The notes beneath the pieces were generated by a model. It had not been told where the DNA came from. It was given only the letters and a program-made list of their open reading frames with translations, and did no database searches. Source: Centroscyllium fabricii (taxonomy: Eukaryota). Taken from it: DNA of 64,000 bases. This document shows positions 38,628 through 49,354 of the stretch, in pieces. Position numbers and translations under genes: made by a program. The DNA lies in assembly GCA_051313645.2 (NCBI GenBank), contig JBNRSN020000014.1:152086001-152150000 (forward strand). Reading direction: 5' to 3'. The first letter of the stretch is position 1. The number at the start of each line of letters is the position of its first letter.

Positions 38628-41600
38628 CTGAGAGAGGATTGACTGAGAGAGGATTGACTGAGAGAGGATTGACTGAGAGAGGATTGACTGAGGGAGGATT
38701 GACTGAGAGAGGATTGACTGAGAGAGGATTGACTGAGAGAGGATTGACTGAGAGAGGATTGACTGAGAGAGGATTGACTGAGAGAGGATTGACTGAGGGA
38801 GGATTGACTGAGAGAACCGACTGAGAGAGGATTGACTGAGAGAGGATTGACTGAGGGAGGATTGAATGAGAGAGAACTGACTGAGAGGATTGACTGAGGG
38901 AGGATTGACTGAGAGGATTGACTGAGAGAGAACTGTCTGAGAGAGAACTGACTGAGAGAGAACTGACTGAGAGAGGATTGACTGAGAGAGGATTGACTGA
39001 GAGGATTGACTGAGAGAGGATTGACTGAGAGAGGATTGACTGAGAGAGGATTGACTGAGAGGATTGACAGAGAGGATTGACTGAGAGATGATTGACTGAG
39101 AGAGGATTGACTGAGAGAGGATTGACTGCGGGAGGATTGATTGAGGGAGTATTGACTGAGGGAGGATTGACTGAGAGAGGACTGAGAGAGGACTGACTGA
39201 GAGAGGATTGACTGAGGGAGGATTGAATGAGAGAGGATTGACTGAGAGAGAACTGACTCAGAGAATTGACTGAGGGAGGATTGACAGAGAGGATTGACTG
39301 AGAGAGGATTGACTGAGAGAGAACTGACAGAGAGGATTGACTGAGTGAGGAATGACTGAGAGGATTGACTGAGAGAGGATTGACTGAGAGAGGATTTACT
39401 GAGAGAAGATTGACTGAGAGAGGTTTGACTGAGAGGTTTGACTGAGAGAGGTTTGACTGAGAGAGGATTGACTGAGAGAGGATTGACTGAGAGAGGATTG
39501 ACTGAGGGAGGATTGACTGAGAGAGGATTGACTGAGGGAGGATTGAATGAGAGAGGATTGACTGAGGGAGGATTGACTGAGGGAGGATTGACTGAGAGAG
39601 AACTGACTGAGGGAGGATTGACAGAGAGAGGATTGACTGAGAGAGAACTGACTGAGAGGATTGACTGAGTGAGGAATGACTGAGTGAGGATTGACTGAGA
39701 GAGAACTGACTGAGAGAGGATTGACTGAGAGAAGATTGACTGAGAGAGGTTTGACTGAGAGAGGTTTGACTGAGAGAGGTTTGACTGAGAGAGGATTGAC
39801 TGATAGAGGATTGACTGAGAGAGAACTGACTGAGGGAGGACTGACTGAGAGAGGATTGACTGAGAGAGAACTGACGGAGAGGAGATTGACTGAAGGAGGA
39901 CTGACTGAGAAGAACTGACTGAGAGAGGACTGACTGAGAGAGGACTGACTGAGGGAGGATTGACTGAGGGAGGATTGACAGAGAGAGAACTGACTGAGAG
40001 AGGATTGACTGAGGGAGGATTGATTGAGAGAGGATTGACTGAGAGAGGATTGACTGAGAGAGGATTGACTGAGAGATGATTGACTGAGAGAGGATTGACT
40101 GAGAGACGATTGACTGAGCGAGGATTGACTGAGGGAGGATTGACTGAGGGAGGATTGACTGAGGGAGGATTGACTGAGAGAAGATTGACTGAGAGAGGAT
40201 TGACTGAGGGAGGATTGACTGAGAGAGAACTGACTGACAGAGGATTGACTGAGAGAGGATGGACTGAGGGAGGATTGACTGAGAGAGGATTGACTGAGGG
40301 AGGATTGACTGAGAGAGAACTGACTGAGGGAGAACTGACTGAGGGAGAACTGACTGAGAGAGGACTGACTGAGAGAGGATTGACTGAGAGAGGATTGACT
40401 GAGAGAGAACTGACTGAGGGAGGACTGACTGAGAGAGGATTGACTGAGAGAGAACTGACTGAGAGAGTATTGACTGAGAGAACTGACTGAGAGAGGATTG
40501 ATTGAGAGGATTGACTGAGAGACGACTGACTGAGGGAGGATTGACTGAGAGAGGATTGACTGAGAGAGAACTGACTGAGAGAGGACTGACTGAGAGAGAA
40601 CTGACTGAGAGAGGATTGACTGAGAGAGGATTGACTGAGAGAGGAATGACTGAGAGAGGATTGACAGAGAGAACTGACTGAGAGAGGATTGACAGAGAGG
40701 ATTGACTGAGAGAGGATTGACTGAGAGAGGATTGACTGAGAGGATTGACTGAGAGAGGATTGACTGAGAGAGGATTGACTGAGAGAGGATTGACTGAGGG
40801 AGGATTGACTGAGGGAGGATTGACTGAGAGAACTGACTGACAGAGTATTTACTGAGGGAGGATTGACTGAGAGAGGATTGACTGAGAGAGGATTGACTGA
40901 GGGAGGTTTGACTGAGAGAGGATTGACTGAGAGAGAACTGACTGAGAGAGGATTGACTGAGGGAGAACTGACTGAGAGAACTCACTGAGACAGGATTGAC
41001 TGAGAGAGGATTGACTGAGGGAGGTTTGACTGAGAGAGAACTGACTGAGGGAGGATTGACTGACGGAGGATTGACTGAGGGAGGATTGACTGAGAGAGGA
41101 CTGACTGAGAGAGGACTGACTGAGAGAGGACGGACTGAGAGAGGACTGACTGAGAGAGGATTGACTGAGAGAGGATTGACTGAGAGAGGATTGACTGAGA
41201 GAGGATTGACTGAGAGAGGATTGACTGAGGGAGGATTGACTGAGAGAGGATTGACTGAGAGAGGATTGACTGAGAGAGGATTGACTGAGAGAGGATTGAC
41301 TGAGAGAGGATTGACTGAGGGAGGATTGACTGAGAGAACCGACTGAGAGAGGATTGACTGAGAGAGGATTGACTGAGGGAGGATTGAATGAGAGAGAACT
41401 GACTGAGAGGATTGACTGAGGGAGGATTGACTGAGAGGATTGACTGAGAGAGAACTGACTGAGAGAGAACTGACTGAGAGAGGATTGACTGAGGGAGGAT
41501 TGACTGAGAGAGAACGGACTGAGAGAGGATTGACTGAGAGAGGATTGACTGAAAGAGGATAGACTGAGGGAGGATTGACTGAGGGAGGATTGACTGAGAG

Positions 41601-44206
41601 AGAACTGACTGAGGGAGGATTGACTGAGGGAGGATTGACTGAGAGAGGATTGACTGAGGGAGGATTGACTGAGAGAGAACTGACTGAGAGAGGATTGACT
41701 GAGGGAGGATTGACTGAGAGAGGATTGACTAAGAGAGAACTGACTGAGAGAGGATTGACTGATAGAGGATTGACTGATAGAGGACTGACTGAGGGAAGAC
41801 TGACTGAGGGAGGACTGACTGAGGGAGGACTGACTGAGAGAGGATTGACTGAGAAATAATTGACTGAGAGAGGATTGAATGAGGGAGAACTGACTGAGGG
41901 AGAACTGACTGAGAGAGGATTGACTGAGGGAGAACTGACTGAGAGAGAACTGACTGAGAGAGAACTGACTGAGAGAGGATTGACTGAGAGGGGATTGACT
42001 GAGAGAGGATTGACTGCGAGAGGATTGACTGAGAGGACTGACTGAGAGAGAACTGACTGAGGGAGGATCGAGTGAGGGAGGATTGACTGAGGGAGGATTG
42101 ACTGAGGGAGGATTGATTGAGAGAGGATTGACTGAGAGAGGATTGACTGAGAGAGGACAGACTGAGAGAGGATTGACTGAGAGAGGATTGACTGAGAGAG
42201 GCTTGACTGAGAGAGGATTGACTCAGGGAGGATTGAATGAGAGAGGATTGACAGAGGGAGGATTGACTGAGAGAGAACTGACTCAGAGAGGATTGACTGA
42301 GGGAGGATTGACTGAGAGACGACTGACTGATAGAGAACTGACGGAGAGAGGATTGACGGAGAGAGGATTGACAGAGAGGATTGACTGAGAGAGGATTGAC
42401 TGAGAGAGGATTGACTGAGAGAGGATTGACTGAGGGAGGATTGACAGAGAGAACTGACTGCGAGAGGATTGACTGAGAGAGAACTGACTGAGAGAGAACT
42501 GACTGAGAGAGGATTGACTGAGAGAGAAATGACTGAGGGAGGACTGACTGAGAGAGGGTTGACTGAGAGAGGATTGACTGAGGGAGGATTGAATGAGAGA
42601 GGATTGACTGAGGGATGATTGACTGAGAGAAGATTGACTGAGAGAGAACTGACTGAGAGAGGATTGACTGAGGGAGGATTGACTGAGAGAGGATTGACTC
42701 ATAGAGGATTGACTGAGGGAGGATTGACTGAGAGAGGATTGACTGAGGGAGGATTGACTGAGGGAGAACTGACTGAGGGAGAACTGACTGAGAGATGATT
42801 GACTGAGAGAGGACTGACTGAGAGAGGACTGACTGAGAGAGGACTGACTGAGAGAGGACTGACTGAGAGAGGACTGACTGAGAGAGGACTGACTGAGAGA
42901 TGATTGACTGAGAGATGATTGACTGAGAGAATATTGAATGAGAGAGGATTGAATGAGAGAGGATTGACTGAGGGAGGATTGACTGAGGGAGAACTGACTG
43001 AGAGATGATTGACTGAGAGAGGATTGACTGAGGGAGGATTGACTGAGGGAGGATTGACTGAGAGAGAACTGACTGAGAGGAGATTGACTGAAGGAGGACT
43101 GACTGAGAAGAACTGACTGAGAGAGGACTGACTGAGAGAGGACTGATTGAGAGAGGATTGACTGAGGGAGGATTGACTGAGAGAGGATTGACTGAGAGAG
43201 AACTGACTGAGAGAGTATTGACTGAGGGAAGATTGACTGAGAGAGGATTGACTGAGGGAGGATTGACTGAGGGAGGATTGACTGAGAGAGGATTGATTGA
43301 GAGATGATTGATTGAGAGAGGATTGACTGAGAGAGGATTGACAGAGAGGATTGACTGAGAGAGAACTGACTGAGAGAGGATTGACTGAGAGAGGATTGAC
43401 TGAGGGAGGATTGAATGAGAGAGGATAGACTGAGGGAGGATTGACTGAGAGAAGATTGACTGAGAGAGGATTGACTGAGAGAGAACTGACAGAGAAGATT
43501 GACTGAGGGAGGATTGACTGAGAGAGGATTGACTGAGGGAGGATTGACTGATAGAGGATTGACTGAGAGAGAACTGACTGAGAGAGTATTGACTGAGGGA
43601 GGATTGACTGAGAGAGGATTGACTGAGAGAGGATTGACTGAGGGAGGATTGAATGAGAGAGGATTGACTGAGGGAGGATTGACTGAGAGAAGATTGACTG
43701 CGAGAGGATTGACTGAGAGAGAACTGACTGAGAGAGGATTGACTGAGAGAGGATTGACTGAGAGAGGATTGACTGAGAGAGGATTGACTGAGAGAGGAAT
43801 GACTGAGAGACGATTGACTGAGAGAGAACCGACAGAGAGGATTGACTGAGGGAGGATTGACTGAGAGAGGATTGACTGAGAGAGGATTGACTGAGAGAGG
43901 ATTGACTGAGAGAGGATTGACTGAGGGAGGATTGACTGAGAGAGGATTGACTGAGAGAGAACTGACTGTGAGATGATTGACTGAGGGAGGATTGACAGAG
44001 AGAGGATTGACTCAGAGAGGATTGACTTACGGAGGATTGAATGAGAGAGGATTGACTGAGGGAGGATTGACTGAGGGAGAACTGACTGAGGGAGGACTGA
44101 CTGAGGGAGGACTGACAGAGAGAACTGACTGAGAGAGAACTGACTGAGAGAGAACTGACTGGAAGAGAACTGACTGAGAGAGAACTGACTGAGAGAGGAT
44201 TGACTG
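38628..44206 (+). repeat. 15-bp satellite array (domain-B type to ~41.6 kb, then domain-A type)
   Basis: Tandem 15-mers. The domain-A marker GAGAAATAATTGACT reappears at 41851. Confidence 0.98.
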
Positions 44207-44207
44207 G

Positions 44208-44699
44208 TACAGGGCACTGGTGAGACCACACCTCGAGTACTGTGTGCAGTTTTGGTCGCCTCATCTGAGGAAGGATGTTCTTGCCATGGAAGGAGTGCAG
44301 CGGCGATTCACCAGGCTGATACCAGGAATGGCAGGAATGACCTATGAGGAGAGACTATGTAGTTTGGGGATGTACACACTGGAGTTTAGAAGATTGAGAG
44401 GGGATCTCATAGAAACATATAAAATTCTGACAGGCCTGGACAGACTAGATGCAGAAGGAATGTTTCCGATGGCAGAAGAGTACAGAACTAGGGGACACAG
44501 TTTAAGGATAAGGGCTAAACCATTTAGGACAGAGATGAGGAGGAATTTCTTCACCCAGAGAGTGGTGAACCTGTGGAACTCACTGCCACAGAGGGCAGTG
44601 GACGCCAGCTCATTAAATATATTTAAGAGGGAATTAGATATATTTCTGCAGGCAAAAGGGGTTAAAGGTTACGGAGAGAAGGCAGGGACGGGATACTGA
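44208..44699 (+). pseudogene. CR1 ORF2 (endonuclease-reverse transcriptase) C-terminal remnant, 163 uninterrupted codons, no RT catalytic core
   Basis: Open frame from TAC at 44208 to TGA ending at 44699 (ORF track 44220..44699). The 5' end is fused directly to satellite. Confidence 0.9.
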
Positions 44700-44732
44700 A
44701 CGGAAGGATCAGCCATGATCTCATTGAATGGC

Positions 44733-44771
44733 GGAGCAGGCTCGAAGGGCCGAATGGCCTACTCCTGCTCC
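44733..44771 (+). other. CR1 3' UTR stem-loop (putative RT recognition structure)
   Basis: GGAGCAGG (44733-44740) pairs with CCTGCTCC (44764-44771), enclosing an inner GGCC-GAAT-GGCC hairpin. Confidence 0.75.
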
Positions 44772-44775
44772 TATC

Positions 44776-44799
44776 ATCTATGTATCTATGTATCTATGT
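44776..44799 (+). repeat. CR1 3'-terminal octamer tail (ATCTATGT)3
   Basis: Three exact 8-mers immediately before the satellite resumes. 8-bp terminal repeats are typical of CR1 elements. Confidence 0.9.
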
Positions 44800-47700
44800 A
44801 ACTGACTGTGAGAGTACTGACTGAGAGAGGATTGACTGAGAGAGGATTGACCGAGGGAGGATTGAATGAGAGAGGATTGACTGAGGGAGGATTGACTGAG
44901 AGAAGATTGACTGAGAGAGAACTGACTGTGAGATGATTGACTGAGGGAGGATTGACAGAGAGAGGATTGACTCAGAGAGGATTGACTTACGGAGGATTGA
45001 ATGAGAGAGGATTGACTGAGGGAGGATTGACTGAGGGAGAACTGACTGAGGGAGAACTGACTGAGAGAGGATTGACTGAGAGAGGACTGACTGAGGGAGG
45101 ACTGACTGAGAGAGGATTGACTGAGGGAGGACTGACTGAGAGAGAACTGACTGATAGATGATTGACTGAGAGAGAACTGACTGAGAGAGGATTGACTGAG
45201 GGAGGATTGATTGAGAGAGGATTGACTGAGGGAGGATTGAATGAGAGAGAACTGACTGAGAGAGGATTGACTGAGAGAGGATTGACAGAGAGAACTGATT
45301 GAGAGAGGATTGACTGAGGGAGGATTGACTGAGAGAGGATTGACTGAGAGAACTGACAGAGAGGATTGACTGAGAGAGGATTGACTGAGAGAGGATTGAC
45401 TGAGAGAGGATTGACTGAGGGAAGATTGACTGAGAGAGGATTGACTGAGAGAGGATTGACTGAGAGAGGATTGACTGAGAGAGGATTGACTGAGGGAGGA
45501 TTGACTGAGAGAGGATTGACTGAGGGAGGATTGACTGAGAGAGGATTGACTGAGTGAGAACTGACTGAGAGAGTATTGACTGAGGGAGGATTGACTGAGA
45601 GAGAACTGACTGAGGGAGGATTGACTGAGAGACGATTGAATGAGGGAGGATTGACTGAGAGAGGATTGACTGAGAGAGAACTGACTGAGAGAGGATTGAC
45701 TGAGGGAGGATTGACTGAGAGACGATTGACTGAGAGAGAACTGACTGAGAGAGGATTGACTGAGGGAAGGATTGACAGAGAGGATTGGCTGAGAGAGGAT
45801 TGACTGAGAGAGGATTGACTGAGGGAGGATTGACTGAGAGAGAACTGACTGAGAGGATTGATTGAGGGAGGATTGACTGAGAGACGATTGACTGAGGGAG
45901 GATTGACTGAGAGAGGATTGACTGAGAGAGAACTGACTGAGAGAGGATTGACTGAGGGAGGATTGACTGAGAGAGGATTGACTGAGAGAGAACTGACTGA
46001 GAGAGGATTGACTGAGGGAGAACTGACTGAGGGAGAACTGACTGAGAGAGGATTGACTGAGAGAGGATTGACTGAGAGAGGATTGACTGAGAGAGGATTG
46101 ACTGAGAGAGGATTGACTGAGAGAGGATTGACTGAGAGACGATTGACTGAGAGACGATTGACTGAGAGAGGATTGACTGAGAGAGGATTGACTGAGAGAG
46201 AACTGACTGAGAGAGGATTGACTGAGTGAGGAATGACTGAGAGAGGATTGACTGAGAGAGGATTGACTGAGAGAGGACTGACTGAGAGAATATTGACTGA
46301 GAGAGGATTGACTGAGAGAGAACTGACTGAGAGAATATTGACTGAGAGAGGATTGACTGAGAGAGGACTGACTGAGAGAGGACTGACTGAGAGAGGACTG
46401 ACTGAGAGAGGACTGACTGAGAGAGAACTGACGGAGAGGAGATTGACTGAAGGAGGAATGACTTAGAAGAACTGACTGAGAGAGTACTGACTGAGAGAGT
46501 ACTGACTGAGAGAGGATTGACCGAGGGAGGATTGACTGAGAGAGGATTGACTGAGAGAGAACTGACTGAGAGAGTACTGACTGAGAGAGTACTGACTGAG
46601 AGAGGATTGACCGAGGGAGGATTGACTGAGAGAGGATTGACTGAGAGAGGATTGACTGAGAGAGGATTGACTGAGGGAGGATTGAATGAGAGAGGATTGA
46701 CTGCTGGAGGATTGACTGAGGGAGGATTGACTGAGAGAAGATTGACTGAGAGAGAACTGACTGACAGAGGATTGACTGAGGGAAGATTGACTGAGAGAGG
46801 ATTGACTGAGGGAGGATTGACTGAGGGAGGATTGACTGAGGAAGTACTGACTGAGAGAGGATTCACTGAGAGAGAACTGACTGAGAGAGGATTGACTGAG
46901 AGAGAATTGACTGAGAGAGGATTGACTGAGAGAGGATTGACTGAGAGAGGATTGACTGAGGGAGAACTGACTGAGGGATGATTGACTGAGAGAGGACTGA
47001 CTGAGAGAGGACTGACTGAGAGATGATTGACTCAGGGAGGATTGACTGAGAGAATATTGACTGAGAGAGGATTTACTAGGAGAGAACTGACAGAGAGGAC
47101 TGACTGAGAGAGGACTGACTGAGAGAGGACTGACTGAGAGAGGACTGACTGAGAGAACTGACTGAGGGAGGACTGACTGAGAGAGGATTGACTGAGAGAG
47201 AACTGACGGAGAGGAGATTGACTGAAGGAGGACTGACTGAGAAGAACTGACTGAGAGAGTACTGACTGAGAGAGTACTGACTGAGAGAGGATTGACTGAG
47301 GGAGGATTGACTGAGAGAGGATTGACTGAGAGAGAACTGACTGAGAGAGGATTGACTGAGGGAGGATTGATTGAGAGAGGATTGACTGAGGGAGGATTGA
47401 CAGAGAGAACTGACTGAGAGAGGATTGACTGAGAGAGGATTGACTGAGAGAGGATTGACTGAGGGAGGATTGAATGAGAGAAGATTGACTGAGGGAGGAT
47501 TGACTGAGGGAGGATTGACTGAGAGAAGATTGACTGAGAGAGAACTGACTGACAGAGGATTGACTGAGGGAAGATTGACTGAGAGAGGATTGACTGAGGG
47601 AGGATTGACTGAGGGAGGATTGACTGAGAGAGTACTGACTGAGAGAGGATTGACTGAGAGAGGACTGACTGAGAGAGGACTGACTGAGAGGATTGACTGA

Positions 47701-49026
47701 GGGAGGATTGACTGAGAGAGGATTGACTAAGAGAGGACTGACTGAGAGAGAACTGACTGAGGGAGGATTGACTGAGGGAGGACTGACTGAGAGAGAACTG
47801 ACTGAGAGAGGACTGACTGAGAGAGGATTGACTGAGAGAGAACTGACTGAGGGAGGATTGACTGTGAGAGTATTGACTGAGGGAGGACTGACTGAGAGAG
47901 AACTGACTGAGAGAGGACTGACTGAGAGAGGATTGACTGAGGGAGGATTGACTGAGAGAGGATTCACTGAGAGAGAACTGACTGAGAGAGGATTGACTGA
48001 GAGAGAATTGACTGAGAGAGGATTGACTGAGAGAGGATTGACTGAGAGAGGATTGACTGAGAGAGGATTGACTGAGAGAGGATTGACTGAGGGAGGATTG
48101 ACTGAGAGAGAACTGACTGAGAGAGGATTGATTGAGGGAGGATTGACTGAGAGACGATTGACTGAGGGAGGATTGACTGAGGGAGGATTGACTGAGGGAG
48201 AACTGACTGAGAGAGTATTGACTGAGAGAGGATTGACTGAGGGAGGGTTGACTGAGGGATGATTGACTGAGAGAGGATTGACTGAGGGAGGATTGAATGA
48301 GAGAGGATTGACTGAGGGAGGATTGACTGAGAGAAGATTGACTGAGAGAGAACTGACTGAGAGAGGATTGACTGAGAGAGGATTGACTGAGGGAGGAATG
48401 ACTGAGAGAGGATTGACTGAGAGAGGATTGACTGAGAGAGGATTGACTGAGAGAGAACTGACTGAGAGTGAACTGACTGAGAGAGGATTGACTGAGAGAG
48501 GATTGACTGAGAGAGGATTGACTGAGAGAGGATTGACTGAGAGAGGATTGACTGAGAGAGGATTGACTGAGAGAGGATTGACTGAGAGAGGATTGACTGA
48601 GAGAGGATTGACTGAGAGAGGATTGACTGAGGGAGGATTGACTGAGAGAACTGAGAGGATTGACTGAGGGAGGATTGACTGAGGGAGGATTGACTGAGAG
48701 GATTGACTGAGAGAGAACTGACTGAGAGAGAACTGACTGAGAGAGAACTGACTGAGAGGATTGACTGAGAGAGGATTGACTGAGGGATGATTGACTGAGA
48801 GAGGATTGACTGAGAGAGGATTGACTGAGAGAGGATTGACTGAGGGAGGATTGACTGAGAGAACTGAGAGGATTGACTGAGGGAGGATTGACTGAGGGAG
48901 GATTGACTGAGAGGATTGACTGAGAGAGAACTGACTGAGAGAGAACTGACTGAGAGAGAACTGACTGAGAGAGGATTGACTGAGGGAGGATTGAATGAGA
49001 GCGGATTGACTGAGGGAGGATTGACT
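44800..49026 (+). repeat. 15-bp satellite array
   Basis: Tandem 15-mers, enriched in GAGTACTG and GAGACGATTG variants. Confidence 0.98.
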
Positions 49027-49354
49027 CATATTAATATCATATGTCTGGGAGAAACACCAAAACTTCTCGAGTTAGCTGCAGAATACGTGACAGCATGCCA
49101 TGACGCAAGAGAACACTTGAACATTGGACATCCCAGTCCCAATCAGATCACAGTTAAACCACTGTGACAAACTGCGTTTAAACTATATATCTCTTAATAT
49201 AATTACGGATGCTGTTATATATATTCTGTTTGTACTGTTGTTATTATGTCTATTAATATACTATTTTTTAATGTATATTACAATGCTTTGGCAACAAAGG
49301 TTGATACCATTCATGCCAATAAAGCTTTTTGAATTTGTATTTGAATTTGCATTT
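49027..49354 (+). mobile_element. 5'-truncated non-LTR retrotransposon 3' end (328 bp), RTE-X-like, copy 1
   Basis: Frame ...[24 protein letters not shown]... (stop at 49167) resembles the LGE...AA.(F/Y)V..CH..R C-terminus I recall from fish RTE-X elements. AT-rich 3' UTR; GCTTTGGCA...CATGCCAATAAAGC hairpin and polyA signal; (TTTGNA)4 tail. 8-9 bp TSD GGATTGACT (49018-49026 and 49355-49363). Confidence 0.8.
49285..49325 (+). other. 3'-end hairpin overlapping AATAAA (49318-49323) of the RTE-X-like element
   Basis: TTGGCA/TGCCAA and GCTTT/AAAGC complementary arms. Confidence 0.6.

Larger units (their letters stand above)
44207..44799 (+). mobile_element. 5'-truncated CR1-clade LINE (end of ORF2, 3' UTR and 8-bp tail), chondrichthyan type
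   Basis: Translates YRALVRPHLEYCVQFWSPHLRKD...YEERL...LEFRRLRGDLIETYKI...TRGHSLRI...RRNFFTQRVVNLWNSLP, the characteristic CR1 ORF2 C-terminus. The 3' UTR GATCAGCCATGATC...GGAGCAGGCTCGAAGGGCCGAATGGCCTACTCCTGCTCC resembles shark/ray CR1 ends as I recall them. Tail (ATCTATGT)3. No unambiguous TSD. Confidence 0.96.

Noticed and set aside
44342-44554. 70-aa minus-strand ORF with a hydrophobic N-terminus
   Set aside because: Antisense shadow of CR1 ORF2; no independent evidence.
48916-49167. In-frame fusion of the satellite ERGLT frame with the RTE-X C-terminus
   Set aside because: Expected by chance one time in three; no true start codon or promoter evidence.
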